A stretch of DNA of 32,000 bases from the NCBI RefSeq assembly GCF_002945325.1, contig NZ_CP026606.1, positions 1,260,001 through 1,292,000 on the forward strand. The letters are read 5' to 3'. Shown here piece by piece: positions 1-9,719 of the stretch; the stretch's first letter is position 1, and each line of letters starts with the position of its first letter. The notes beneath the pieces were generated by a model. It did no database searches. It was not told the DNA's origin and saw nothing but the letters and a program-made list of their open reading frames with translations. Position numbers and translations under genes: made by a program. Source of the DNA: Methanococcus maripaludis (lineage in GTDB: Archaea > AGJL01 > Methanococci > Methanococcales > Methanococcaceae).

Positions 1-105
1 TGTACTGAATTTCTTATTTTTATACATTAAGTCAATAACGGTCTGTACAGTAAAATCAGGATATATTTTAATAAATTTTTTATCCATCAAGCTTTTTACT
101 TTCAT
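1..105 (-). CDS. 5' end of a further eha-operon-linked gene, truncated by the window edge; possible CBS-domain protein
   Basis: Not in the ORF track. Reverse complement after a ggggaggggtaat ribosome-binding region reads ATG...: MKVKSLMDKKFIKIYPDFTVQTVIDLMYKNKKFST, open to the edge. The TVxxxIDLMYKNKxxxx pattern resembles the start of a CBS domain. Confidence 0.6.
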   Translation of the reverse strand, partial: MKVKSLMDKKFIKIYPDFTVQTVIDLMYKNKKFST

Positions 106-120
106 ATTACCCCTCCCCGA

Positions 121-879
121 CTACATATCTTTTTGTTTAATCGCTATCGCAGTTACAGGACAATTTTTCTCACATTTTCCGCAGAATATGCACATTTTAT
201 CATCCAATTTCATTAATCCATCCTCGTAAACTATCGCACCAACGGGACATATTTCACTGCATACCATACAGTTAATGCAGGTGTCATTATTTAAAGATAT
301 TTCATTTTCAGCCGTTATTTCGCCCATTTCGTTTTCAACTTTTATCGCCGATTTTGGACATACTTTTTCGCAAGCAGTACACCCCATGCAGAGGTCTAGA
401 TTTATGTCAATGCTGTTTCTTTTTTCAACGGTTATTGCAGAAGTTGGACAGAATCTTTCGCAAATTCCGCATTTTATGCATGATTCTTCATCGAGTTCGT
501 GTTTTACCAACCTTATTTTTCTATGGGTTACGTCAATTTCTTTTAATTCGTAAACTACGGTATCCTCTTCTAATTTTGCACGACCTTCTAATACATTGAT
601 TGCACCAACGGGACATGTTTTGGCACATATTTCACATTTTACACATTTTTCAGGGATTATTTCAGCAGGGCTTTTAACGCTTGGTTCTTTTATCGCATCA
701 ACAGGACAAACTTCGTAGCAAAGCTCGCATCTAATACATTTGTTGGATTCTACGTATAAATTCCTTTCAACAGGCACCATTAAATCCTTTAATTTTTCTT
801 TTACAAATTTTTCATCAATTCCAAGATTTTTTGAAATATCTGAGATGATTTTTTGGACTGGTTTTTTTACGGTTATCAT
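121..879 (-). CDS. Polyferredoxin of the eha operon, six [4Fe-4S] CxxCxxCxxxCP motifs
   Basis: Six complete motifs: CIRCELCYEVCP, CVKCEICAKTCP, CIKCGICERFCP, CMGCTACEKVCP, CINCMVCSEICP, CIFCGKCEKNCP. Confidence 0.9.
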   Translation of the reverse strand: MITVKKPVQKIISDISKNLGIDEKFVKEKLKDLMVPVERNLYVESNKCIRCELCYEVCPVDAIKEPSVKSPAEIIPEKCVKCEICAKTCPVGAINVLEGRAKLEEDTVVYELKEIDVTHRKIRLVKHELDEESCIKCGICERFCPTSAITVEKRNSIDINLDLCMGCTACEKVCPKSAIKVENEMGEITAENEISLNNDTCINCMVCSEICPVGAIVYEDGLMKLDDKMCIFCGKCEKNCPVTAIAIKQKDM

Positions 880-899
880 CTAAAACACCTTTTTAGGTA

Positions 900-1376
900 T
901 TATTCAAGTTTAATCGCTTTTGCAGGGCATATCTCTTCGCAATGTCCGCAGAGTACGCATTTATCCATATCGAAAGAAATATTATCATCAGATTCAGATA
1001 TTGCTCCAAACGGACAGTTTTTAGTACATACTAAACACATTACACATTTTTTTCGATTATAGTCTAATTTTTTACTTTTTAATCGATTTTCAATTATTAA
1101 ATTGCCCTGTTCTACCCTTACTCTAGTTTTAGTAATTTTTATCGCATCAACAGGACATGTTTCAACGCATGTGTTGCAGTAGACACATTTATTATCAATA
1201 TCTGGAACTTCTGGAAAGTTCGAGCTGATTGCAGTTACCGGACACACTTCAAGGCATCTATTGCACAATATGCAGAGTTCTGGATTTATCTCGATTTTGT
1301 TACTGATGTACTGGCTGTCAAGTTCAAATTTGATATCCAAATTATCAAAATATTTTTTAAGAATTTTCGATACCAT
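900..1376 (-). CDS. Polyferredoxin of the eha operon, four [4Fe-4S] motifs
   Basis: ORF track gives 900..1433. A gaggaagg RBS precedes ATGs at about 1385/1376, just after the upstream stop. Motifs: CILCNRCLEVCP, CVYCNTCVETCP, CVMCLVCTKNCP, CVLCGHCEEICP. Confidence 0.85.
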   Translation of the reverse strand: MVSKILKKYFDNLDIKFELDSQYISNKIEINPELCILCNRCLEVCPVTAISSNFPEVPDIDNKCVYCNTCVETCPVDAIKITKTRVRVEQGNLIIENRLKSKKLDYNRKKCVMCLVCTKNCPFGAISESDDNISFDMDKCVLCGHCEEICPAKAIKLE

Positions 1377-1377
1377 A

Positions 1378-2574
1378 TCAATCATCCTTCCTCTTTTCAC
1401 CAATATTTTCCTCTGAAATCGACTGTTTTCCAAGATTTTTAACTTCTTCTTTTAACAATACATAATTTTTGGTGAATTCTTCAAGGTCGCTGTGCAGGAT
1501 ACTTTCAAATTCGTCTCTTATTTTTCGTTTAGAGTACAAATCTTCAGATGTTTCTGTTTTAAGATAATCAATTGCATCAACAGGACATGCATTTTGACAT
1601 AATCCGCATCTTACACAGTATTCCGGATTAATGTACGGTAAATTGGTTTCTTTAGATATTAAAATTGCTTCAGGAACATTACATGCCCTATAACAAATTC
1701 TACAGCCGATACATTTTTCTTCATCAACAATGTAGCACTCAGCAGTTCTTTTCGTAATTTTTTCAGGAACTCCGATCCTTATCGCGGTTGTTGGACACAC
1801 TTCAAGACATTTTCCGGATTTTATGCAGGATGTAACTTTAAGTCTTTCAAGGTCTATTGAACCAGGACAAACATCAACACAGTTTCCGCAACCAATACAT
1901 AAACTTGGAACGATCCTAGGAATTTCGGCTATTACGTCGCTTTCTTCTTTAAAATCACTTCCAAGTCTTTCCCGGTCAAATTTAGTATTTTGTGCAATTT
2001 CTATTTTTTCAGAAAGTCCCGGTTCATCGTATGTAACAATTGCATTTTCCACAGGGCATACTTTAAGGCAATTTTTACAGCTTACACAAATGTTAACGTC
2101 TATTTCATAGAGTCCAGTATTGTTGTGAGAAATTGCATCAACTGGGCACGCATTTTCACAAGTTCCACAGCTTACGCAGATTTCCTCATCAATTAATAAG
2201 TTGATGATTTTTGGAACATTCCACAAAAGTTCTTTTGCTTCTTTTCGAAGGGTTCCCATCTCTAAAACATTTGTTGGGCAAGATTCAACGCAGTTTCCAC
2301 AGTTTATACATGAACCTGCATCAAATACGGGCATTTCTTTTTTAAATTCTTCGTTAAATTCCATTGAAATTGCATCAGAAGGGCAGGATTCTTTACATGC
2401 ACTGCAACTTATACATTTCTCGGGTAAATCAAAAATTACCGGAATTTTTCTAAATCTTTCTGGTGGAATAAAACTTTCTTTTTCAGATTTGGCGTTCGTA
2501 AATCTCATAAACCATTTTTTTCTTACGAACTCGTAAAGGTACCAAATGGATGATGACATAAGTATCACCTGCAA
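1378..2574 (-). CDS. Large polyferredoxin of the eha operon, seven complete plus one degenerate cluster motif
   Basis: Complete: CISCSACKESCP, CINCGNCVESCP, CVSCGTCENACP, CVSCKNCLKVCP, CIGCGNCVDVCP, CIGCRICYRACN, CVRCGLCQNACP. Degenerate: CIKSGKCLEVCP. Confidence 0.9.
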   Translation of the reverse strand: MQVILMSSSIWYLYEFVRKKWFMRFTNAKSEKESFIPPERFRKIPVIFDLPEKCISCSACKESCPSDAISMEFNEEFKKEMPVFDAGSCINCGNCVESCPTNVLEMGTLRKEAKELLWNVPKIINLLIDEEICVSCGTCENACPVDAISHNNTGLYEIDVNICVSCKNCLKVCPVENAIVTYDEPGLSEKIEIAQNTKFDRERLGSDFKEESDVIAEIPRIVPSLCIGCGNCVDVCPGSIDLERLKVTSCIKSGKCLEVCPTTAIRIGVPEKITKRTAECYIVDEEKCIGCRICYRACNVPEAILISKETNLPYINPEYCVRCGLCQNACPVDAIDYLKTETSEDLYSKRKIRDEFESILHSDLEEFTKNYVLLKEEVKNLGKQSISEENIGEKRKDD

Positions 2575-2587
2575 TCAGGTTTATTTA

Positions 2588-3715
2588 TTAGATTTTGTAG
2601 TCGCTAAGTTTTCCAGTATTTAAGTCTTTTAATTGGATAGTTCTTTCAGTACATGATACACAAGGGTCTATTGAGGTATATGTTGCAACTGCATCCGCAA
2701 TTGTTGGGCAGTCTTTTATCATGTATTTATAAGCTTCAAGGTTCATTACAGTTGGAGTTCTTATAATAATTCTTTTTATGAGTCCGCCATCGGTAATTGC
2801 AATTTTATAGTAAACTTCGCCCCTGTGAGCTTCGTTATACCATTCTCCTTCAGTAGCTCTAATTTCAGCCTTATTTCTAACGATTCCTGAAGATTCCGCA
2901 TAGTGTTCAAGTGCTCTTCTTATAAGTTCGACACTCGTGAGAACTTCATCATGTCTTACCATCATTCGCGCGTAGTTGTCCCCTTCATTTCTCCAATCGG
3001 GTTTGAAATTCAGTGCTTTGTAAGTTTCATGCCTTAGTCTCCAGTCACTTTCAGGAATTCCTGAAGCTCTTGCAACAGGTCCTGCTGCACGTGTTTTCAT
3101 GATTTCTTTGTAGCCAATTTTTCCAATATGTTTACTTCTCATTCCAATTAATGGGCCGGTTTCGAATACTTCAATTATATTTTTAACATCTTCTTCAAAT
3201 TCATCAATTTTTTTGTGAATTTTATCTAAAATTTCCTTGTTTAAATCGAGTCTCACTCCACCAACAACGTTAAATCCCATGTTTACCCTATTTCCTGTAA
3301 TTAATTCGAGTAAATCCATGATAGATTCCCTTACATTTAACATCCATATTCCAAGAGTTTCATGTTCAATTGTAAGATTGTAAACTGCTGCTGCGATCAG
3401 GTGGCTGTGAATTCTCTCAAGTTCACAGGTAATTACTCTTAAATATTTTGCTTTTTCAGGAACTTCAATATCACACATATTTTCAATGCATTCTGCAAAA
3501 GACTGGGTGTGGATATATGAACAGATTCCGCAAACTCTTTCTGAAAGGTGTATACATTTTAAATAATGTTTTCCTTCCATAATACGTTCTATACCCCTGT
3601 GAACGTAACCCATGTCTATTTCAGCACCTTTTACGTTTTCTCCTTCAACAAGGAGTTTTATTCGCAAGGGTTCTTTTAGTATCGGGTGAATGGGTCCAAT
3701 CGGTACTACATTCAT
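2588..3715 (-). CDS. ehaO: Energy-converting hydrogenase A large subunit EhaO ([NiFe] catalytic subunit)
   Basis: Both Ni-ligand motifs are present: [12 protein letters not shown] and DPCVSCTER. Located directly downstream of ehaN. Confidence 0.93.
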   Translation of the reverse strand: MNVVPIGPIHPILKEPLRIKLLVEGENVKGAEIDMGYVHRGIERIMEGKHYLKCIHLSERVCGICSYIHTQSFAECIENMCDIEVPEKAKYLRVITCELERIHSHLIAAAVYNLTIEHETLGIWMLNVRESIMDLLELITGNRVNMGFNVVGGVRLDLNKEILDKIHKKIDEFEEDVKNIIEVFETGPLIGMRSKHIGKIGYKEIMKTRAAGPVARASGIPESDWRLRHETYKALNFKPDWRNEGDNYARMMVRHDEVLTSVELIRRALEHYAESSGIVRNKAEIRATEGEWYNEAHRGEVYYKIAITDGGLIKRIIIRTPTVMNLEAYKYMIKDCPTIADAVATYTSIDPCVSCTERTIQLKDLNTGKLSDYKI

Positions 3716-3728
3716 AATATCATCTCAA

Positions 3729-4199
3729 TCATGCTTTGGCTTTATTTTTTTCTTCTTTTAATTTTTGATTAAGCAGTTTTTCTTTAGCCGCAAGTGCATC
3801 TGGGGCAATTGATACAACTGCAGATATAATTTCTGAAGGTCTTGGCGGGCATCCTGGAAGTTTTGCATCAACTGGAATTACTTTATCAACGGGCCCATGA
3901 ATATGTCCTTCTTTAAATATTCCGCCACTCAGTGCGCATGCACCAACTGCGATAACTATTTTTGGTTCGGGAGTTTTTTCGTAAATTTCAAGAAGTCTTT
4001 TTTCCCAAGCTCCCGTTACTGGGCCAGTTACAACTAAAACATCGGCTTCTCTTGGATTGTTATGCACATAAATTCCGTACTGTTCAATATCGTACCTTGG
4101 GGCAAGGCATGATACTATTTCAATATCGCAACCGTTGCAACCACCGGTGTTTACAAGACAGACGTTAATTGATCGTTTTCTTACAAAATCTTTAATCAT
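3729..4199 (-). CDS. ehaN: Energy-converting hydrogenase A small subunit EhaN
   Basis: Small-subunit motifs [23 protein letters not shown] and [11 protein letters not shown] track start is 4232, but a ttggag RBS favours the ATG at 4199 (MIKDFVRKR). Confidence 0.9.
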   Translation of the reverse strand: MIKDFVRKRSINVCLVNTGGCNGCDIEIVSCLAPRYDIEQYGIYVHNNPREADVLVVTGPVTGAWEKRLLEIYEKTPEPKIVIAVGACALSGGIFKEGHIHGPVDKVIPVDAKLPGCPPRPSEIISAVVSIAPDALAAKEKLLNQKLKEEKNKAKA

Positions 4200-4221
4200 C
4201 AAGATCATCTCCAAATTAACT

Positions 4222-4632
4222 CTATTCCTCACCCTTCAGGATTCTAATTGTAAGGAGTCTGCCGTTCTCAAGTGCTTCTTTGTAGGGTATTTTTTTGATA
4301 ATTGTGTCTTCAACGACCTTTCTTCTTATTAAATCAGCATCTTTTTTAGAAATTAATCCAAAAAAATCTGCTATCCAACATAATCCTAAGTCAATGTCGA
4401 CTCTTCTTCCAAGGCATCCCATTTTAGCCTGTTCAACATATGCATGGGATTCGTAAAGCGCTACTCCATCGCATGTTTTTACGAATACATCAACAACTTC
4501 ATCCATGGACATTTTGAGGGCTTTTGAAATTGGAACGATCGCTTCTTCCATTATGTAACGATTACCCTTTATTATGTTGTATTTTTGTTCTAAACTTGAT
4601 TTTTTGTAATTTTTGTCGATTTCTTCTAGCAT
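4222..4632 (-). CDS. ehaM: Energy-converting hydrogenase A subunit M
   Basis: Small soluble protein immediately before ehaN; preceded by aaaaggtgaaaat RBS; assigned by operon position and sequence character. Confidence 0.75.
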   Translation of the reverse strand: MLEEIDKNYKKSSLEQKYNIIKGNRYIMEEAIVPISKALKMSMDEVVDVFVKTCDGVALYESHAYVEQAKMGCLGRRVDIDLGLCWIADFFGLISKKDADLIRRKVVEDTIIKKIPYKEALENGRLLTIRILKGEE

Positions 4633-4647
4633 ATTTTCACCTTTTTG

Positions 4648-4947
4648 CTAGACTATTCCAATTGTTAGTAAAATGTAGCCGATAAGTGCAATTAAAACTC
4701 CAAGACAGAATTCGGAATGTCCATATCCGGGCCTCATTCCAAGTGGAAATGCAAGGAATAATACTGAAATTGGGGCGTTTACTGTAAACGCGAGTCCCCC
4801 GATAATGGCTGAAATAAGTGCTGTACTGTCAAGGGTTTTTTCCACGTAAGGTTTAGCATATTTTTTGTAGCTGTATGAAAGGCCCAACATTGATCCAATA
4901 ACGAATGTAATTGCACAATAAAGTAGTATGAATGGAACTTCGTTCAT
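4648..4947 (-). CDS. ehaL: Energy-converting hydrogenase A subunit L (membrane)
   Basis: Hydrophobic small protein in the Eha order. RBS agggtgatttt supports the ATG at 4947 (MNEVPFILLY) rather than 4995. Confidence 0.72.
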   Translation of the reverse strand: MNEVPFILLYCAITFVIGSMLGLSYSYKKYAKPYVEKTLDSTALISAIIGGLAFTVNAPISVLFLAFPLGMRPGYGHSEFCLGVLIALIGYILLTIGIV

Positions 4948-4951
4948 AAAA

Positions 4952-5203
4952 TCACCCTGCGATAAATGCGAAATATCCAAGATAGATAAATGCAATTAAT
5001 ACAGCCAGCATCATTAAATGCTCTGTAGTTTCTATTAAATGGGTTATTTTTTTATTCTGAATAAGTAATGCCAATATTCCTACAAGAAGGACTACGAAAA
5101 GACCTAAAATTGGGGTTATTGGGTATTGAAGCATGTTAATAAGTACTATCATTCCCAAAACCACAAATCCTGCAATCGAAAGTAACTGGATGTACTGTTT
5201 CAT
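4952..5203 (-). CDS. ehaK: Energy-converting hydrogenase A subunit K (membrane)
   Basis: 83-aa hydrophobic protein between ehaJ-like and ehaL-like genes. Confidence 0.7.
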   Translation of the reverse strand: MKQYIQLLSIAGFVVLGMIVLINMLQYPITPILGLFVVLLVGILALLIQNKKITHLIETTEHLMMLAVLIAFIYLGYFAFIAG

Positions 5204-5211
5204 GATAACAC

Positions 5212-6090
5212 CTAATGGATGATTCTGTATGCCAGATCAATTAACGTAAGTGACGCAATTGTAATTTGGAGCATTACTGAGTGATTTGGAGCAAGTAGTG
5301 GAGTTAATGCACAGATAAATGAAATAATTATCGTTAAGACAAACATTCCAAGCAACGTCAAAACTGGGCTTGCTACGATTAATGGGCCTAAAAACAACGC
5401 CATAAAGAGCCATAGTAATACAAACCATGCTATTGCGTCTCCAATCATTATAATCGCTTCAAGAGGTCCGTAATGTTCTGTAAGATATCCGCTTATGATA
5501 TCTTTTCCTTTCACTATTGCAAATGGACTGAAAGGTGCTTTTGAAAGAACAAGGACAAATACTGCAAAAGCACATATTGGGAGTTGGAATATTAATGGAC
5601 CATTTACAGCCTGATAATTTATTATATCTCCAATAATCAATGAATGTGTTACCGTATAGACTATTCCAGCAGCGGCAAAGAGTGGAACTTCTGCAGCAGC
5701 GGAGAAAACACTTCTAACACCACCAACTTTTCCATATGGGGAGCCACTACTCAGTCCACAGCCATGTTCAACTATTTTTTGTAATATATAGAGTCCGATC
5801 AATATCAGTAGGGATGATTCAAAGACAACTGCAATTGATAATGCACTCATCCAGACCATGACATCCATCAATGCTACAAAGACGTACAGTGGATTTCCTG
5901 CTGAAATTGGGAATGTTAATTCTTTAAAGTAAAATTTGAATGTATGGATTAAATACTGAATAATTGGGGGCCCGGGTCGACACTGAATTCTTGCCATAAT
6001 TTTTCTGTGGAATCCGAGCAAAATTCCGCCAACTAAAAAGGCATACAATGCATACATAAGTCCGTTAAACATACTGAATGCTGCGTTCAA
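5212..6090 (-). CDS. ehaJ: Energy-converting hydrogenase A subunit J (NuoH/HyfC-like membrane subunit)
   Basis: 292-aa integral membrane protein with NuoH-like features (RIQCRPGPP; SPFSPFAIVKGKDIISGYLTEHYGPLEAI). Confidence 0.85.
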   Translation of the reverse strand: MNAAFSMFNGLMYALYAFLVGGILLGFHRKIMARIQCRPGPPIIQYLIHTFKFYFKELTFPISAGNPLYVFVALMDVMVWMSALSIAVVFESSLLILIGLYILQKIVEHGCGLSSGSPYGKVGGVRSVFSAAAEVPLFAAAGIVYTVTHSLIIGDIINYQAVNGPLIFQLPICAFAVFVLVLSKAPFSPFAIVKGKDIISGYLTEHYGPLEAIIMIGDAIAWFVLLWLFMALFLGPLIVASPVLTLLGMFVLTIIISFICALTPLLAPNHSVMLQITIASLTLIDLAYRIIH

Positions 6091-6091
6091 A

Positions 6092-6301
6092 TTACCACCC
6101 TCTGAACGGAATTTGACCTATTTTTTCTCTTCTTGATTTCGGATTAAGGAACATTGCAATGCCAAATATCAAAAATGGGGTAAATACTGCGGTTAAGAGG
6201 TATGTTACCATTTCGTTTTGAGAATTTAAGTAAATTGTTCCCATGTATCCCAAGATTCCAATTATAAGTGCTATATAGCCACTTTTCGTTTCTGGACTCA
6301 T
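6092..6301 (-). CDS. ehaI: Energy-converting hydrogenase A subunit I (membrane)
   Basis: 69-aa two-helix protein, 1-nt spacing to ehaJ, in the Eha order. Confidence 0.65.
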   Translation of the reverse strand: MSPETKSGYIALIIGILGYMGTIYLNSQNEMVTYLLTAVFTPFLIFGIAMFLNPKSRREKIGQIPFRGW

Positions 6302-6310
6302 TTTTTCACC

Positions 6311-6982
6311 TTAAGATATTGTAAGCAGGATTTCTACAGTCCTTACGATAACCAAAAGGGATGACAGGTGTATCATCAGAATGTAAGGAGCTCCTGGAGC
6401 CCTGAACATTTCCGCTTTTGCTGCATAAAACGGAGCAACGCCTGTTTCTCCAATCATTCCAACTGCGTAGAGTAGTTTTTGATAGAATAATTCATTACCA
6501 TTTTTTGCAAGTTCAAATATGGAAAGAGTTCCTGTTTTTCCTAAAATCAGTGCAGCGGCACCAAATAATGGAAGTGATGAAATTATCGTGATAAGTCCGT
6601 AGTGGAATGCTGCATTCAACACCCATTCCTTTTTAACTGCTGCAACAATTCCAATGTTTGAGATACCAATTACGGCAAGAAATAGTGCAAAGTCGAATAA
6701 GTCCCCAGTTAACATTGAAAATGCAGTCGCAATACCACATACTACCGACATAAATCTCCTTATTTTAAGTTCTTCAACTGTCACGTAATTAAATTTATCA
6801 CCAAATTCATGAACCTGGGCTTCCAGTTGTTTTTCTGGTTTTGTAAAGTACACGATAACTGTGAAAAGCATCGCCACAATGAATGCTATGAGCGAAAAGT
6901 CTGTTACATAAAATACGATATCTCCCAAAGGAATTATTCCGTGAAAGTTTCCTGCGATATATTCAACGAGCATTTTAATCAC
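6311..6982 (-). CDS. ehaH: Energy-converting hydrogenase A subunit H (membrane)
   Basis: 223-aa multi-helix protein in Eha order. Confidence 0.75.
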   Translation of the reverse strand: MIKMLVEYIAGNFHGIIPLGDIVFYVTDFSLIAFIVAMLFTVIVYFTKPEKQLEAQVHEFGDKFNYVTVEELKIRRFMSVVCGIATAFSMLTGDLFDFALFLAVIGISNIGIVAAVKKEWVLNAAFHYGLITIISSLPLFGAAALILGKTGTLSIFELAKNGNELFYQKLLYAVGMIGETGVAPFYAAKAEMFRAPGAPYILMIHLSSLLVIVRTVEILLTIS

Positions 6983-6994
6983 CTTTGGTCGAAA

Positions 6995-7681
6995 TTATTC
7001 GAATAACTCTCCAATTAGTCCGAGTTTAGAACCTACTTTTATTGCAAGTCCAAATCCGGCTATAATCAAGAAATATGGCCATTTTGAAGGGAATAAGAAG
7101 AATCCAATAAACCCAAGTATCCAAATTGCCCATGCAATTCCTGAAAACGCTGAAATTCCTTCCCAAGATACTTTTAACTCTTCTGGAAGTATTTTTCTAC
7201 CGAGAACTCTTTTCGAAAGTACATAGAACAAAAGACCGCTGGCCATAACTGCTCCGCCAGTAAATCCACTTAAAATTGCCCCGTAAATTACGAGTATAAC
7301 TGCGAGGAATTTTGGAGTGGTGTACAATACTTCCATTTTACTAAAGTTTATATCCATTTTAGGGGTTTCTTTAATCATAAACTCTTCTAAAAGCTTTGAT
7401 TTTTTTGGTTTACCCTCTTTTCTTAAGTCATTTCTTGAAACAAATATTTCTGCAACTGCCAAGAGTTCTGCCATACCTACAACCAATCCTGGAAGTATGA
7501 GTGCTTCTGCAAGGTCTGATCCAATTGCTGCAATAATTACGAGCATTCCGTATTCTATAAGGTCAGTTAACAATATCATGTTAAGGTCTGATTTTTGGCG
7601 GGAAATTGAATAAAGTGAAATTATTCCAACTATAAATCCGACAGCAACTGTTTTACTAAACAATAAACTCACGTAGTCCAT
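6995..7681 (-). CDS. ehaG: Energy-converting hydrogenase A subunit G (membrane)
   Basis: 228-aa multi-helix protein with [20 protein letters not shown] sequence, in Eha order. Confidence 0.75.
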   Translation of the reverse strand: MDYVSLLFSKTVAVGFIVGIISLYSISRQKSDLNMILLTDLIEYGMLVIIAAIGSDLAEALILPGLVVGMAELLAVAEIFVSRNDLRKEGKPKKSKLLEEFMIKETPKMDINFSKMEVLYTTPKFLAVILVIYGAILSGFTGGAVMASGLLFYVLSKRVLGRKILPEELKVSWEGISAFSGIAWAIWILGFIGFFLFPSKWPYFLIIAGFGLAIKVGSKLGLIGELFE

Positions 7682-8154
7682 TATTTCACCTTATTATTCC
7701 GATTTAGGAATAACCATCCAAATATCGTGAACGAGAGGAGCAAAGTCAGTGATTCTAAAACTGTATCAAATCCTCTTGTATAGTATAATATTTCGTCCAG
7801 TATTCCCCCAGGGGTTGAAACGATTGTTGTACCAAAGTACATTGTATTTTCACTTATTGCAATAGCAACAGGGGATAAATAAGCTGTAATTTGGCCTCTA
7901 ATGCTTTGGTATTCTGGGTACTGGGATTTAATATCTGCAGGTTCCGATAATACAACTCCACCCCTGTCGTATGGTGCAAGAGGTGTTTTTAAAACCTGGC
8001 CCTGTATTGCATTTTTTGGATAAAGCTGGTCGCTTGTAAATTCCGTAGGTAAGAATATACCAATGAATAAAACTATGCAGACAAACCCTGCAAACAATCT
8101 GGAGACGGCACTGGGTTTTGAAATATAATTCCAGGCTTCGTTTAGCTTTTTCAT
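7681..8154 (-). CDS. ehaF: Energy-converting hydrogenase A subunit F (membrane)
   Basis: Membrane protein in Eha order; ggaggaataat RBS supports the ATG at 8154, not the ORF-track start at 8175. Confidence 0.72.
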   Translation of the reverse strand: MKKLNEAWNYISKPSAVSRLFAGFVCIVLFIGIFLPTEFTSDQLYPKNAIQGQVLKTPLAPYDRGGVVLSEPADIKSQYPEYQSIRGQITAYLSPVAIAISENTMYFGTTIVSTPGGILDEILYYTRGFDTVLESLTLLLSFTIFGWLFLNRNNKVK

Positions 8155-8155
8155 A

Positions 8156-8410
8156 TTATTCCTCCAGTTCCTCATTTTTGATAATCGCTCTCACGAGTAC
8201 AAGTGTAAGGATAGCATTTACGCCGAGGAACGTCATAAGTGCAAGAGTCTGGTTGTACGCTAGAAATATTAAACAAACTCCAATGGCCGGAACTTCAATG
8301 TTTAAAAATCTTTTAAATGGATCTTTTGTTAATGGCCCAATAACTGCACCGACTGTACCGATTATAAGTAAGAAGTAGCCCACGTACAACGTCAAGGTAA
8401 TTAAATCCAT
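8156..8410 (-). CDS. ehaE: Energy-converting hydrogenase A subunit E (membrane)
   Basis: 84-aa hydrophobic protein in Eha order. Confidence 0.72.
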   Translation of the reverse strand: MDLITLTLYVGYFLLIIGTVGAVIGPLTKDPFKRFLNIEVPAIGVCLIFLAYNQTLALMTFLGVNAILTLVLVRAIIKNEELEE

Positions 8411-8418
8411 TTTATCAC

Positions 8419-8706
8419 CTATTTAGTAAGCACAGGGACTTCTGCACTGTATTTTTTCTTAGTTCTTAATATGTATTCATATTTTAACACGCCTAAAAGC
8501 AGTATCAGCGTAGAAATTGGTTCTAAAACGGATGAAACAATCGCAACATCAAGGTAGTAAAATGAAGCAATAAAGCCGATAAGTCCGCTTTCAAGAAGTG
8601 CAAACATGATTATCTTGTTAATATTGTGCGTATGAATGATGGTACCTATTCCTCCAAGAATACAGCACCCTGCAGCAACGATAGGTAGTATTTCCATCAA
8701 AATCAC
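8419..8706 (-). CDS. ehaD: Energy-converting hydrogenase A subunit D (NuoK/MnhC-like)
   Basis: 95-aa NuoK-like pattern (GCCILGGIGTIIHTHNINKIIMFALLESG). Confidence 0.75.
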   Translation of the reverse strand: MILMEILPIVAAGCCILGGIGTIIHTHNINKIIMFALLESGLIGFIASFYYLDVAIVSSVLEPISTLILLLGVLKYEYILRTKKKYSAEVPVLTK

Positions 8707-8969
8707 CTTTTCTTCTCAAATTCATCCATTTTGTCGATTTCTCCAAGAGTATGGGCTATCGCATTACTGGATACTGTTGATAATGCAAAGTAAACAACTG
8801 CTGCAATTGCACCCATCGGGCTTTTTATGTAGAGTGCAATCAATGCTGCAATACAGAAGTTAATACAACAAATAATAGGGAGTTTTAAAGCTCTGCTTTT
8901 TGTCAGAAATACTTTTATAACGGAAATTATCCCTATAAGTCCAATTGTAACGGTTACAAGAGATTCCAT
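8703..8969 (-). CDS. ehaC: Energy-converting hydrogenase A subunit C (membrane)
   Basis: 88-aa hydrophobic protein, 4-nt overlap with ehaD. Confidence 0.72.
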   Translation of the reverse strand: MESLVTVTIGLIGIISVIKVFLTKSRALKLPIICCINFCIAALIALYIKSPMGAIAAVVYFALSTVSSNAIAHTLGEIDKMDEFEKKR

Positions 8970-9461
8970 TTATATCCTCCCCATTTTTCTTGCAATACTG
9001 CCGAGAAGTTGTGATGCAGCGCTGTGATGTACGCCTTGAATTGAGAATATTGCTAGAACCATTCCTGCAATAAAATATTCAGCGCTTATAAATCCGCTAA
9101 ATAAGTAAATTAATACTGTTGCAGTAATTGTTCCAATTGTTCCTGCACAACCTGTATCATTACATAATCTGTTTCCAATGTAGATGAAAAGTGCAGCAAT
9201 TAATCCACCTTCAAAGCCCATCAGGTAGTAAAATATTGAAGCCATTAACGTTCCTGCCGATGCATCAGGGGAACATACAATGTTTCCCATGAAATAGCCA
9301 CCATTGATATTTCCACCGACATTTTCTATCTTTTTACCGATTACTTTGGCACCGAGAACTCCTGGTTTTTTTGGAAGTCCAAAGTAGGTGTCAACAATAA
9401 CAAAATTTAACCAGCAAATTGCAAACGCGGCCAATATTTTTCCAGTTTCAATTAATATCAT
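8970..9461 (-). CDS. ehaB: Energy-converting hydrogenase A subunit B (membrane)
   Basis: Membrane protein; ORF-track start 9512 overlaps ehaA heavily, while ggtgttaata RBS precedes the ATG at 9461 ([10 protein letters not shown]). Confidence 0.75.
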   Translation of the reverse strand: MILIETGKILAAFAICWLNFVIVDTYFGLPKKPGVLGAKVIGKKIENVGGNINGGYFMGNIVCSPDASAGTLMASIFYYLMGFEGGLIAALFIYIGNRLCNDTGCAGTIGTITATVLIYLFSGFISAEYFIAGMVLAIFSIQGVHHSAASQLLGSIARKMGRI

Positions 9462-9714
9462 TATTAACACCAGGGAATATTTTGTTTGTAAATTTCGAGA
9501 AAACACTCGCAAAAATTCCTATTATTATACTGGAAACCAGGTCTAAAGTTATTAAATAGCCAATTAATGCAGTTAAACCAATTGCTACAAATGGGGTTGG
9601 GAAAAGTACGGATCCTTCAAAAGAATCCATATCAAATGACAGTTTCATTCCAATAACTGCCCCAACTACAATTGCAGAAACCAAAGATACTGCGTAGTTA
9701 ATTAATAAAACCAT
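9448..9714 (-). CDS. ehaA: Energy-converting hydrogenase A subunit A (membrane)
   Basis: First membrane gene of the operon; ggtgatttt RBS before the ATG at 9714 ([10 protein letters not shown]); ORF-track GTG start is 9723. Confidence 0.75.
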   Translation of the reverse strand: MVLLINYAVSLVSAIVVGAVIGMKLSFDMDSFEGSVLFPTPFVAIGLTALIGYLITLDLVSSIIIGIFASVFSKFTNKIFPGVNNDIN

Positions 9715-9719
9715 GAAAA

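Noticed and set aside
275-553. Plus-strand ORFs antisense to the polyferredoxins (275..553, 354..599, 1823..2110, 2201..2536)
   Set aside because: Antisense to strongly supported Cys-motif CDSs, with no recognisable domain or SD.
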